From the NCBI GenBank assembly GCA_049724395.1, contig JAUGWO010000051.1, forward strand, positions 62,001-104,009: a stretch of DNA of 42,009 nucleotides, written 5' to 3'. Positions 24,100-37,745 of this stretch are shown here, in pieces; within the stretch, counting starts at the first letter, position 1; each line of letters starts with the position of its first letter. Under the pieces are notes generated by a model. That model was not told the DNA's origin, made no database searches, and saw nothing but the letters and a program-made list of their open reading frames with translations. A program made the translations under genes and the position numbers. This DNA comes from Spongospora subterranea f. sp. subterranea. Its lineage: Eukaryota.

Positions 24100-27000
24100 G
24101 CAGAATTGGTCCCGTCTGCAAAAGAAAGGTTTTGCTGTGGACACGCCGGTCGCTGATGGTGTGTCACAATGATGGCTCGCCATCTCATTTATGCCACGTC
24201 TTCTCCCACTTCAACCTTCTTCAATACATCTGGGCACAGTCAAGAAACTCAGCAACAAGTCAAGGTGGGAATTTTATGTGATCGAAATCTGTAAAACCGG
24301 GTAAGTTCACAATTTTGTTGAATTTCATGAATCCTTTGGTCAAAAAATACATATCTGGGTGAGTTGAGATATTATGTCGTTCGTCGCAACGCCAGCGCAT
24401 ATAAAAGTCCCTCGTAGCAATCATTAGATGGTTAATGAGTGCAATCAGCTAGTTTAGACAGGCGCTGGGTCGCAATATCGGAACCCACAATATTGGGGAA
24501 AGACCAAACAGCGGAGGATCATTTGCCGACAGAATTGAAAGTTGCCATCTGCGATCGGGTTTGTGTGGCAGCGAAGGAACCCGACCATTGGCCCTAAAAA
24601 AGATATGGTACTGCACACCTGGCACTAAAATGCCCAACCTGAACGCTAAAGCAAAACCTACGCGGCCGATGGGTTCAATGCGGATGCTCGTTGAGACGGT
24701 TGATGACGACCAGCAATTGCTGGAGACAGGTGTATGGCTAAAAGCCCTTCACCGTTTTATTCATCACCAATTCATTGTATTTTTTCCCGCTCATCGTTGG
24801 ATAGCTCAATATCGAGTGGGTTATAAATGGCGCTGAAATTTTCGGAGATTAGATTTGCTTCTTCGACTGCATTGTTGGTACGAGTTGCGAAGGTACGATG
24901 TTGTTTGTTTACGGATCAGGTTGTTTAGCATCGTCCACGTTGCTGTCCCGAGCTCAGCGTATTGAGAAAAGGAAACGAAAATTACAGAAACTCGACACAC
25001 TTCAAAAACATGTTTGAGAAGCTTGATTGCTGCCATTTTGTTTTGGAGCTGGTTTTTTCTCCTGTAAGACGATTTTCAGTTTATCGTTCCAGAAGGGACA
25101 TGCGTTGCGACGAATAGTTTTGTGGTGGATCGACCCTGTTATAGCATTCTGAAATTTTTTTCAAGTCATTTGATTGCGGTTCATGGTGGTGATTCGATCA
25201 ATGAGCATGTTCATGGGTTTCTCATTGTTTGTGTGTTTTGCCGCCTTGTTGGGATGGTAGTGTTGATAATTGTTGGCAGATGGTCACTGCTTAAGTCATC
25301 GTGGGCTTTCCAGCTTTGGACGAAGGGGAGACGTGTTCGATTGCAAAGCGTGATGTTTAAATTGTTTGGTCCTCTGGCTGGTGTGTTGACATCATTTATC
25401 ATGGAGAAATCCATTAAAACAGAGTCAAGGTATTCGTGGTGTTCGTGATTTTTTCTAAATCGTTTATCTTTGTGTTCAGATTCCCTGTAATTATTGTTGG
25501 CATATTCTGTTCATCTGCAAATTGTTCCATTGCTTTCCAGAACATGTATCTTGCCTGATTGTTCACCTCTGGTGGTATGTTCGTATGTATCAACATTATT
25601 TCCTTATTCAATAGTAGTAGTTGCGTGTTGATTAGCGATTTTTCACATATGTTGATATAATTGTTTGGATATCTCATCCCTCTCTCCAGAATATTGCTGA
25701 TTGAGTGATTATATCGCTGCAGTGAAAGTTAGGGAATCCGACTATTCTTGTTCTGTGCCCTAGCTCGGATATGCATATAACGTCGATATTGTGTTTGTTT
25801 GTGAAGCGAGCCAGTTCATAAGACTTAATCTCTGTTCACCGGCCGACATTCCATTGTGCAATTCGATAGTCGTGATTGGCGATCTGGTTTAGGATTTTGT
25901 GTTTTTTCTGATAGAGTCTCGTATTTTGTTCTGTGTCGAAGTAGTTGATTTTGGTAATACGGTTTGCATTTTTCATGGTCTGACGTCGTAACAATATGGG
26001 TTTTGTTGGTTGTTCTGTTACCAGTTGGCGTTTGGTAATTGTGTTACCTAGAGGTATTTTGTGGAGTATTTTATGAGGTTTGAAAAAATGGGTAATTGTG
26101 GATTTGGATGGTGTAGCAAGGTTTCTTGGGTCCTGGATATGGTTGGACCATTGATGGGATATATGTAATTTGGCTGCAATCGGGATCATTTTCATCGAGG
26201 TGTCTTTCTTGGATTTATGGCCTTGAACTTCAGCCTCAGTTTTCAAGAACCGTTTGATTGTTGGTATTGATTTCAACCTTTTCGGTTTGAATTCGTGAGT
26301 CCTAGCAGATTTGTCATCCTCAGTGCAATATGGAATGAGTCGTTTTTTGCTTCTATTGGATGTGCTCTAATTTTGTTTGTATTTGTGATGCTGTTATCAG
26401 TTTCTGTTGGTTGAAGACCCTGTTTTGTCCTGCTGCCACAGGAGAGTTCTTTACAGTCACTATTTAGTGATCCATCGTTTTTGTCAGTAAAATTGGAGTT
26501 TTGTGTGCTGTGTTCTTCGGTGGTTGCGTCTGGTGTTTGAGTGTCGTTATGAGTATTAGCATTTTCTTTGTAGTGAGAGATGTACTGCTCCTCACATTGT
26601 TCCTCTATCATCACGTCATTCAAGCTTGAGTTTCGGACGTCCATATTTATTGGAAACAAAGTTGCATAGTGGTTGAACCTGCTGTTTTTCATTCGGTTCA
26701 ATGGGTGTCCCTGTTTATGATGCAGTAGGTGTATTGTCGTATTCCATTCCGTGCTATTTCGAAGTTTTGGAAAGGAATTGTCAATCATTTTCGGATATTT
26801 GTGCGAAATGGCTTCGCTGAATTGCTTATTAAAATGATGTTGATTTTGAAAATAAATGACGCCATCGTGAGCTCGAAAATTCCAGTCCATTGACAATCTT
26901 TTTGCAATATGTCTAGGTATTCATTGTGCCGGTTTCGCAGCCTAAACTGTGTTGGCGTCTCAGGAATTACGAGCCTGGACTCGGGTTGCCAACACACACA

Positions 27001-29400
27001 CACACGATTAGATCGGTGGATAACAAGATCTGTATTAGAACTGAAAACTCCTGACAACAGACGGGTCTGATCCGTCTCATTCCCTCCTTTCATCTGGAGA
27101 ACCTCCAAAATGTCGTGAAATTTTCTGTCGTCTTTCTGGAGAAGAGTCTTAACATGAGTCGGACATTCAACCAACAAATGATCGAGTGGTTCCCAGGTAT
27201 CAAATTCCTGGGTCAAACCAAACCACCTAATCAATAAAACCGATAATCCGTCTTTCTCCTTACGAACATCCATGATTTCTTGAACTTCGAAGCCTGTGTT
27301 ATCATGCGCTATTTGAGCTAATAGGTCGGTAGTTACGTTCAAAGACGAATCTGCATAAAACTTGAGGCGTTGCCAATGCACATCAGAGACTTGTCTGATA
27401 ACTAGATCTTCCACTTGAAAAACAAAGTCGGACACTGCTCCTTTGATACGTGCAGGTCCATGCCATTTGAAGTTTATCTTGCCACCCACCTGACGTTGTG
27501 GCATAGCGGAAAGCACGAAATCGCCTACAGCAAAATTGGCCTTTGGGCACGTTGATGTCGTTTAGGTCGCCGTCGTGTTTCTTCTCGAACACGGGAGACT
27601 TCACGATGAATATCGGCAAAACTGTTTCTTAGCTGAACAACATGAGCATTTAAAACAGAACAGCAGAAACGCCGTCCCTTGCATCATCGCATATCTTTTT
27701 CAACACAGAAGAGATATCCTTCGACGCCAGAGTTCGCACCATAGGAAAAGTATCTTCATCGACAATTAGCTTCTTTTCGAGTTGATGTTCTAGATCTGAC
27801 GGTTGGTCGATGGTTTCAAAAAAACGTTGGCCTAAATCACACAACTGTTTTTCCACACCTTTGCCAAGGCATAATAGCAGCGGTCGGCCTAATAGCACAT
27901 CGGGAATATCATCGTCGAGCACGTGCACCCAATGTCGTCTGACGGTGACGCTTCCAGTAACTGGTAACAATTGTTATGTCCACCAATACAAAAAATGCGA
28001 ATCAATTGGGAAACCGTCGCAAAATGAAAATCTTCGAGAGCCTGATCGAATTTCTGGATCTGCAGTTTGTAGAACCTGCCACGTGTTGTTCCCTTTGACA
28101 GTAAAATCATCACCGTCATCGATTGCGGTTGGAAACGTGAACTTGGTATCTCTGACAGATAATTCAACTAATCTATTAGCTTTGACACTGGAGTGGAATG
28201 CAAAACAATCGGAGTTTCCTGTGGGGATTCGGGAACGCAATGAACCTTTGAAGGTCGCCATTCAGTGGGAATTTCAAGGTTAGTCAGGTGGGCAGCATTA
28301 ATCCTATTGATACGACCTGAATTTATCATCGATTGCATCAACATGCTCATAAAGGTAATCCTCCTCATTGTCGAACCTGACTTGAGGGACGGGGCCGATA
28401 TGATGTTGAACTCGACTGGATTCATGGCTCCGTCGGCTGGCTAATATTTTTTTAACAGAATACCACGAAAGGTTGGTAATAGCGCTATGTGCCGGTTCAC
28501 TTCCGCAGCCTGAACAGTGTTGGCGTTGCTGTGGATTCCATGCGTGTTGACAAATATCATTTCTCAGCTGCTGGACAGACGTGTTCGGAATGGCCCCTGA
28601 TGTTCGGATCTCTTCCAGAGCACAGTTTCCTATTCCAAGCAAGTCTTTGAATATGTAATTCTGATGACAGATTTGAATTAAACAGGTTGGGTAACTGCTC
28701 TGTTGGTTTGCTTTTGCGTGTTGTAAATATTGAGTCTGTGTTTGTAAGTGCATGACGCGAGTTCCGGACGTAGTGGGATCGTAATTGCACCGTCAGAGGG
28801 TCGGCACGTTTATCATCTTCCTGGTGATGTTTAGTGATGTTGATTGAGATTGTTTAATTACGTTTTGTTTTGCCGCAGTTGGTGTGCCAACAGAGAGCTT
28901 GCAATAGTATTTTGTGTACATGTGATTGGATTGTGTATGTTATTTTTTATTTGTGTTTGTTTGAGTGGGCATAATTGGGCCAGATGGCCTTGGGCGTCGC
29001 AAGTTGCACACGTGTGCTGTTGGGTTGCATCTGCAGTGCACAACTGGCTTCTGTGCGTTCCACAACAGGCACCACTTGATATCGTGATCGAAAAACTCAT
29101 ATGAAAACTCTACCTAGGCACCGTCCCGGTTGCATCTTTTTCGATAGTTAACGTAAGTTTGTACGTGGATTTGCTGTTGCATTGGATAAAGTGAGTGGGC
29201 GTTGGGCTCATTACAATACGTGTCATCGCCATGGGAAAGGGCTTCTTCACCGCGCGCTGGGCAAGGTATTGTTCAACCTATACAACAATCGTTTCTTCCA
29301 ATTTCGCAGCCCACAGCAATGGCCTGGTCCGTGGCAAGTGGCGCAGCCTGGGCTATCCGTTGCTCGCACAGTGCACAATACTGGAGAAAAAGGTCCGCAC
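24100..29400 (-). mobile_element. Decayed non-LTR retrotransposon (LINE): ORF1 zinc knuckles, APE endonuclease and RT remnants, interrupted by a gypsy insert
   Basis: CATCDAQGHLAQLC CCHC (~28975-29015). APE motifs are IAQWNVG (~25850), DVICISE (~25775), IITGNLN (~25485) and SSDHLP (~25280). Faint RT-like pieces (LSPIL) lie near 24.5 kb. There are many stops and frameshifts, and the boundaries are approximate. Confidence 0.7.
26959..28487 (-). mobile_element. Internally deleted chromodomain-bearing Ty3/gypsy element (gag/protease remnant joined to integrase tail + chromodomain, PPT, partial LTR)
   Basis: Protease-like FPTAIDDGDDFTV...DVLLGRPLL; integrase tail KWHGPARI...VHWQRLKFYADSSL; chromodomain FEVQEIMDVR...LIRWFGL..EFDTWEP; PPT AAAGGAGGGAA (27090-27080) followed by TG. 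No RT or RNase H is present. Confidence 0.85.
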
Positions 29401-29404
29401 CACA

Positions 29405-31920
29405 CCAAATTTTGACTTAAACACACTAGAAATGGGGCTCCAACACCCACCATTTGGGATTCCAACACACCAAAATAGACTGCGTAAGAAGGTACACCGA
29501 CACACTAGAAATGGGACTTGAACACACTAGGAAACACCCACCATTTGGGATTCCAACACACCAAATAAACTGCGTGAGAAGGTACATCAACACACTAGGT
29601 AGGAATGGGACTTGAACACACTAGGAAAGGGTCTCCAACACACTTGGATGTGGGCGACAACACCCACCATTTGGGATTCCAACACACCAAAATAAACTGC
29701 GTGAGAAGGTACACCGACACACTAGAAATGGGACTTGAACACACTAGGAAAGGGTCTTCAACACACTAGGATGTGGACGACAACACTCACCATTTGGGAT
29801 TCCAACACACCAAAATAGACTACGTGAGAAGGTACACCGATACACTAGAAATGGGACTTGAACACACTAGGAAAGGGTCTTCAACACACTAGGATGTGGG
29901 CGACAACACTCACCATTTGGGATTCCAACACACCAAAATAGACTACGTGAGAAGGTACACCGATACACTAGAAATGGGACTTGAACACACAAGGAAAGGG
30001 TCTTCAACACACTAGGATGTGGGCGACAACACCCACCATTTGGGATTCCAACCCACCAAAATATACTGCGTGAGTATATCAACACACTAGGTAGGAATGG
30101 GACTTGAACACACTAGGAAAGGGTCTCCAACACACTTGGATGTGGACGACAGCACCCACCATTTGGGATTCCAACACACCAAAATAGACTGCGTGAGAAG
30201 GTACACCGACACACTAGAAATGGGACTTGAACACACTAGGAAAGCGTCTTCAACACACTAGGATGTGGGAGACAACACCCACCATTTGGGATTCCAACAC
30301 ACCAAAATAAACTGCGTGAGAAGGTACATCAACACACACTAGGTAGGAATGGGACTTGAACACACTAGGAAAGGGTCTCCAACACACTTGGATGTGGACG
30401 ACAACACCCACCATTTGGGATTCCAACACACCAAAATAGACTGCGTAAGAAGGTACACCGACACACTAGAAATGGGACTTGAACACACTAGGAAAGCCCC
30501 ACCATTTGGGATTCCAACACACCAAATAAACTGCGTGAGAAGGTACATCAACACACTAGGTAGGAATGGGACTTGAACACACTAGGAAAGGGTCTCCAAC
30601 ACACTTGGATGTGGACGACAGCACCCAAAATTTGGGATTCCAACACAATGGGACTTGAACACACTAGGAAAGGGTCTCCAACACACTTGGATGTGGACGA
30701 CAACACCCACCATTTGGGATTCCAACACACCAAAATAGACTGCGTGAGAAGGTACACCGACACACTAGAAATGGGACTTGAACACACTAGGAAAGGGTCT
30801 CCAACACACTTGGATGTGGGCGACAACACCCACCATTTGGGATTCCAACACACCAAAATAAACTGCGTGAGAAGGTACACCGACACACTAGAAATGGGAC
30901 TTGAACACACTAGGAAAGGGTCTTCCACACACTAGGATGTGGACGACAACACTCACCATTTGGGATTCCAACACACCAAAATAGACTACGTGAGAAGACG
31001 ACAACACCCAAAATTTGGGATTCCAACACAATGGGACTTGAACACACTAGGAAAGGGTCTCCAACACACTTGGATGTGGACGACAACACCCACCATTTGG
31101 GATTCCAACACAATGGGACTTGAACACACTAGGAAAGGGTCTCCAACACACTTGGATGTGGACGACAACACCCACCATTTGGGATTCCAACACAATGGGA
31201 CTTGAACACACTAGGAAAGGGTCTCCAACACACTTGGATGTGGACGACAACACCCACCATTTGGGATTCCAACACACCAAAATAGACTGCGTGAGAAGGT
31301 ACACCGACACACTAGAAATGGGACTTGAACACACTAGGAAAGGGTCTTCAACACACTAGGATGTGGGCGACAACACCCACCATTTGGGATTCCAACCCAC
31401 CAAAATATACTGCGTGAGTATATCAACACACTAGGTAGGAATGGGACTTGAACACACTAGGAAAGGGTCTCCAACACACTTGGATGTGGACGACAACACC
31501 CACCATTTGGGATTCCAACACACCAAAATAGACTGCGTGAGAAGGTACACCGACACACTAGAAATGGGACTTGAACACACTAGGAAAGCGTCTTCAACAC
31601 ACTAGGATGTGGGAGACAACACCCACCATTTGGGATTCCAACACACCAAAATAAACTGCGTGAGAAGGTACATCAACACACACTAGGTAGGAATGGGACT
31701 TGAACACACTAGGAAAGGGTCTCCAACACACTTGGATGTGGACGACAACACCCACCATTTGGGATTCCAACACACCAAAATAGACTGCGTGAGAAGGTAC
31801 ACCGACACACTAGAAATGGGGACTTGAACACACTAGGAATGGGTCTCCAACACACTAGAAATCGGACTTGAACACATTAGGAATGGGTCTTCAACACACT
31901 GAGACCTGGGTCTTGAACAC
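29405..31920. repeat. Tandem satellite, 123-bp main unit (~20 copies), with 82-bp deletion variants and internal AACACACT subrepeats
   Basis: aaatgggacttgaacacact recurs at 29726, 29849 and 29972 (period 123); atgggacttg recurs at 31031, 31113 and 31195 (period 82). Confidence 0.97.
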
Positions 31921-31975
31921 ACAGATTTTCGCGTTGCTTGAAGGTCACCCCGACATTTCTATTTTACGATTAATC

Positions 31976-32620
31976 ATGGATACCGATTCCGATCATGATG
32001 TCGCAGATCATGATTGGCTCGCAATCGCAATTGACATCAACGAGGCAGTCACGTTGAAAAAAATACGAGCGGCGTTACCGTCGCACCCAGTGTTTAAATC
32101 TCAGATGGCGTCGTGTAATTTCTTGCATGAAGACAACAATGATGCAGCAACGGTCGATCCCCATCAAATGCGGCGACGTTACGCCAAATGTACATCTGTG
32201 CGATGCTTTGCTGAGATTGAAGTAGAACAAACCTTTTTTTGTGGTGCTGTTTACGCCATCAATACTTGCACAGTTGATGGATCTTCAGAGGTTTTGATTC
32301 GAGGAAAACACCTTGCCTTTTTTGAGACTGATGCCCTGTCCTCGCCAGCAAAACAAACTGTAATTCTCTATATTGTTCGGATTTTAGTTACTGTAAATGC
32401 TGAATGATGGATGAATCTCAGGTCAATAGTCCTATGAATCGCAAGATCCAAGAATCAATGGATCGACCCCCATCGAACTCCCAAAGTACTCAAAAACATA
32501 TTTCCCGGTGTCGCAGTCCACAAGAATTTGGAGAACTAGAGATTACTCCAATGCCTACGCTGCAGCTGATTCAAAGCGTTGTCAAGCGATTTAGGCACGA
32601 CAACGGGCAAATCAACACGG
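31976..32620 (+). pseudogene. Mutator-like (MULE) transposase N-terminal zinc-finger region, truncated
   Basis: HQMRRRYAKCTSVRC...CGAVYAINTC...LIRGKH, followed by PTLQLIQSVVKRFR, resembles the N-terminus of oomycete-type MULE transposases. No DDE core was seen. Confidence 0.5.
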
Positions 32621-32887
32621 TTGAAGGTATGGGAAGAACAGGACCCTCATGCTGCTTCTATTTTCGGCGTTGACGACCGTGACGGTGCCGTCGCGGTTGG
32701 AGTCGGTTCCGACGAACGTCCCTTCCGCATCAGTTAAGTTTCATCTTCATCGAACTTGATTCACTACTGACTCTGCATTTCCAGGTTTGACTTGTAAGGG
32801 CCTTCTGACCAAGTTTATTGGAATAGTCAGAGCAAACCCTGACGTTCATGTTTTGTGCAACATGGACACAGCGTTCAAGACAAACAG

Positions 32888-33050
32888 TGTTAGGAGGAAC
32901 CAGATCCGTTGAAATAAACCGAAGTGTATTAATACAGACTATGCAAGGAGTTGACAAAAGTGACCAGGCAGAGGTCATTCTTGTCGGAAAACTGCGCCGG
33001 AACTGCGGCGAAGCCGCGAATGTTAGGAATATATGGGAGTGTTCCTAACA
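32888..33050 (-). mobile_element. 3' LTR (163 bp, type A)
   Basis: TGTTAGGA...TCCTAACA inverted termini; adjacent PPT AAGGAGGGGGTGA (33063-33051, minus strand). Confidence 0.95.
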
Positions 33051-36000
33051 TCACCCCCTCCTTAAGCCAGGGCCCGGCTTGGACGGGTAATCCACATGAA
33101 ACCGACGAATCGTTTCCTTTAAGGCCGGTGTTGAACCAAGGTTACGTGCGGGCTCCAACGATCGCTCTGACGGCGGATACCCTTCCCAATCGAGGAGATA
33201 CTGCAATTGATTTCTAAACCAACGAGAGTCCAGTACCTCATTGACAATATATATTGGGTCCGTGTGGTCAGAGTCAAGGATAAGAGGCGGAGGTGGAGAT
33301 TGAACGCGCTCTGGGATCTCGCTCTCCTTGTGTGGGGACAGTAGTGCAACATGGAATGCGTTGTGGGCCGACTGTCATGTGATAGAGATAAACGGTAGGT
33401 CACTGGATTGATCATCTCTGTAATGGAGTACGGCCCTAATCTTCGACTACTCAGCTTTGAACTAGGACGGCCAGATGAAATACCCTCCGATTTCAACCAA
33501 ACCTTATCGCCAACCTTGTAGTTCGGGTGAGGTAGTCGTTTCTTATCAGCGAAATGTTTCATATCTCGAACCGCGCGTTGTAGTTCTGCCTTGAGGAACA
33601 TCCGAACTTCATTGATGTGGTTTACTCGTTCATCAGCCGATGGAAGAGTCGCAACTGAACACGATGTGGCGTCGTCGAAACGGGGGTGAGAACCATAGAC
33701 GGCGAAAAATGGCGTCATCTTTGTCGCCGAATGTTCTGCGTTATTGTAAGCGAATTCAGCAACTGGTAACGAATCCACCCAGTTGTTTTGTTGGAAATTA
33801 ATGCAACAGCGCAAGTACTGTTCCAACACTTGATTTAGTCTTTCTGTCTGCCCATCCGTCTGGGGGTGTCGCGATCAGGACAGTTTGCGATCAATCTTGA
33901 AGCGAGCCAACAGGTGTTTCCAGAATTCGAGACGAACTGGGGTCCGCGATCGGAAATGATCTCGTCGGGCAACCCATGTAATTTGAAAACATTCGTCATG
34001 AGTAAATCGGCGAGACCTGCCCCATTTATCGATTCGATGCAAGGAATAAAATGGCTCATTTTGGAGAAACGATCTACCACCACCAGGATAGAATCGTGCC
34101 CCCGAGACTTCGGCAATTTAACAATGAAGTCCATGGTAATCGAGCGCCAAATGTCCTCTGCGATCGGTAAAGGGCAGAGTAGACCGTGCGGTTGATGGCG
34201 ACTGGACTTTGCTCTAGCACATGTGTCACAGGAGATAACATACCTTTTAATATACCTGGACATTCCAGGCCACCAGTAGGTACGTCGTACTGAGTTAAGT
34301 GTCTTAGAAATACCGAAATGACCACTCGCTGGGGCATCGTGACCGTGCCTTCAATATGTCCAGTTTGCAATCTTCTCCCACCACTACCAGCGATTTCTCT
34401 TTGTAGAGGATGCCGTTGTCGAGTCGAAAACTTGTCACAGGAAGCCTTGAAATGATATCCCGGACGAAGGTGTCCGACTGCTGGTTAAGTTTGATACGCT
34501 CCTCGATCGATTGAGAAGGGTTAATCATCGTGGCACATAATGTAGCTGCAGGAGTAGGTAAGAGCTGATCCGGTTGAAGTATAGATCTTCGCTGCACCTT
34601 CCAGATAGGGTCGGTTGGTTGAATTTCGTATTCGGGACGCCGCGACAACGCATCTGGTTTTCCTGATTGACTACCAGGTCGGTGCACGATGACGAACGGA
34701 TATTCAGCGAGCATTAATGACCAACGAGCTTGTCGGCGACTGAGAGTCTTGGACGAGGTAAAATAAATCAAATTCTTGTGGTCGCTGTACACGATGATTT
34801 TGTGCTGTGCTCCTTCTAAAAAATGTCTCCACACTTGAAACGCTACCACGATCGCGAGTAGTTCTTTGTCATGGACATCGTAGTTCAATTCCGAAACTGT
34901 TAATTTTCTCGAATAGAACGCAATAGGATGTAATTTACCGTCCATTTGCGGTTGCGAAATCACGGCGCCGAGGGCGAAGTCTGACGCATCGGTCTCAATA
35001 ATGATAGGTAAGATAGGGTCAAAATGTTTCATAACAGGCGCTGTGGTGAACGCTCGTTTCAGGGTCCCGAACGCGGACTCGGCCGCGGCCGACCAATCAA
35101 ATGGTTGATCTTTTTTCGTCAGAGACGTCAAAGGTGAAGATATTTTGGCGAAATCTACGATGAACTCCCTGTAGAAATTAGCAAAGCCTAGGAAACTTTG
35201 GACGTCCTTGACTGTTGAAGGTGTCGCCCAATCGAGAATAGTCTCCACCTTACTTGGGTCATCTTGATGCTGCTGTCGGTGACCAGATAACCGAGGAATT
35301 CGACTTCCTGAGCGTCGAACACGCATTTTTCCAGTTTTGCAAATAAACCAGCTGAACGCAACTTGGAAAGTACTAATCGAACATTAACGTCGTGCTGCGG
35401 CGCGCTCTCCGAGTAGATCAAAATGTCGTCGAGGTAAACAACCACAAATTTGTCGAGGTATTCACGGAGGACGTCGTTCATCAACCTCTGAAAATAACCG
35501 GGAGCGTTCATTAGCCCAAACGGCATTACCGTATACTCGAAATTTCCATATTTGCAACACCATGCAGTCTTCCACTCGTCGCCGTCCTTGATTCGGAGTA
35601 GGTTGTAAGCGCCTCGTAGATCGATCTTCGTGAATATTTTGGCAGAAGACAGTTGGGCTAAAATATTTTGGATAGCAGGAATTGGATAAGGCTCCTTCTT
35701 GGTTATATTGTTGACATCGCGGTAGTCGACGCACAGTCGGAGGCTGTTGTCCTTCTTCTTTACAAAGAGTATTGGTGATCCTAACGGTGATTTGGAGTGG
35801 CGAATGAATCCTTTCTTGAGGTTGTCTTCGATGTACTGGCGCAAAACTTTTTGTTCGGTCTGGCCGAGTTTGTAGACCTTCCTGTATGGCAGCGGGCCAG
35901 TCTCCTCTTTAAAGTTGATGGCGCAATCATATGTGCGATGTGGGGGCAGTTGGTCAGCGTTTTTCTTCTCGAACACGTCCTGGAATTCGCCATACTTGTG

Positions 36001-37594
36001 GGGGAGTAAGGCTGCATTCGCTTTCGATGTCATTGTTGCCGAATATATATTGTGTTGCCATGGCCTATCGGTATACAGGTGGGCACTCTTGTCGGTAATA
36101 GGAAAACGTGGGGTGATTGTACGGGCCTTCCAATCAATCTGTGGGTTTAGTTCGTGAAGCCATGACATCCCCAGTATAATGGGATAGTAAGCCCGTTCAA
36201 TGACATAAAGACTGGTCAATGATTTGATGCCCGAGATCTCTAGTCGTAGTGGCAATGTTCGATGGGTAATAGAAGAGAGTCTGCGACCATCGATAACTTC
36301 AACAGATAACGGTCTAGGAAGTCGGACGAGCGGGATGCTGTTTCGTTCGGCAAATGTGGCGTCGATAAAAGCAGAGGACGCACCACTGTCGATTAAACAA
36401 TGTAGTTGGGTGGATTGGGATTGGTGCCATGAGACCGTAATAAGGGAACTGAATAATGTCTCGCACGAGTTATCCATACATGACGATGCTAATCGGAGAG
36501 GTGGCTCAGCATTATAGGTCGAAGATGGTGATGTATTGGATGAAAAACGGTTTCGGTTCGCCAATAGGGGGCAGGCTACGGTAGGATGGCCAGCATCTCC
36601 ACAATATCTGCACAAATTGTGTTCCCGGCGGCGTGTTCGTTCCGACTCATCCAGTCGCGGGCGGCCGGTGGTTCTGAACGAATCGACCATCATGGAGTCG
36701 GACCCAGAATCGACCTCGGGGTGGCGCTGTGGGTGTACTTGCGACTGACCTCGACGCTCCTGGGCGCGTTCAAATAGGCGATCGCCGCATCTGATGGCCG
36801 TCATGATGAGGGCGAGCAAGTCGGCTGGCTCCGGGCACGTCAACAGCAAGTCTTTCACATCCTCGTTGAGGCCCTTTCGGAACTGGTGTAGCGTCGCAGC
36901 GCTGTCCCAACCTGCCGGTGACCAGCAGCCCAACCGCTGGCATACGTAGCGTCGGCGACCTTGGGCAGCGCCTCCAATCGTCGTGCGGCTGTTCTGCTTT
37001 GTTCGGATCCTCGAACCGTGCCCGAAACGCGTCAATGAATCTGACAAAATCCTGGAGCAACGGATCCCGTCGCTCGAAAATTGGTGAGAACCACAGCAAA
37101 GCTAGGTTGTTTCCTGTGAGAAGGTCCCCAACCAACATCACCTTGTCGGAATCCGTGGCGTATGTCCTGGGTTTACGGGTGATGACCATTGATATTTGGT
37201 TGATAAAACCTCGCAGGGTGGATCGGGAACCGTCGAAAGGATCTGGGAGGCGGACTTTGGGTTCTGGCAAGGTCAACCGCTGCTGGTAGTTTGCGACAAT
37301 TCCTGTAACTGCCGTTGGAACTGTTGCTGTTGCTGAGAGAGTGCTGCCTGTAGTACCGCCTGGACCTCTGGCGACAAAGGTTTGGTTCTGTGGATGTTCC
37401 GTCGGTACCTGAAAACTCGATGGTTGTGCGGACTAGCTGGAACTGACTCCCGCTGCGGCAGGGATTGTGGGGGAACACCCTAAGGTAGGCCAGCTAATAC
37501 GGAAGTAGAGCGAAGGTTGAGAATGGCGGAACGAACCCTGGAAAAATAGACAGCTGATTTGTAATGATGCGACTTGGGTTCAAGAGCATTGTGG

Positions 37595-37745
37595 TGTTAT
37601 CCGTAAGGGATATTTTCACCCGTGTCCTAATACAGGCGAAGCGAAGAGTTGACAAGAATGACCAGCCAGAGGTCATCTTGTCGGAAACCTCGGCGGAACT
37701 GCGGCGAAGCCGCGAATGTAGGAATATATGGGAGTGTTCCTAACA
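37595..37745 (-). mobile_element. 5' LTR (type B; similar to type A over ~120 bp, divergent inner end)
   Basis: It shares gttgacaagaatgacc...ggaatatatgggagtgttcctaaca with the LTRs at 32888 and 39193. The inner boundary is approximate. Confidence 0.8.

Larger units (their letters stand above)
32888..37745 (-). mobile_element. Near full-length Ty3/gypsy chromovirus (Tf1/Sushi-like): gag-PR-RT-RH-IN-chromodomain, with frameshifts
   Basis: gag LPDPFDGSR...; [77 protein letters not shown]; chromodomain-like YSVNEVLDSR..QYLLDWEGYP. Confidence 0.97.

Noticed and set aside
29405..31920. CRISPR-like array or repeat-protein gene (41-aa ORFs on both strands)
   Set aside because: There are no unique spacers and no cas genes, and the context is eukaryotic. 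Unit variants introduce stops, and the 82-bp units break the frame.
36900..36990. Programmed frameshift in gag
   Set aside because: The shift lies inside the capsid region, and the element has other random frameshifts (~35270, ~34340, ~33930, ~33360), so decay is the simpler explanation.
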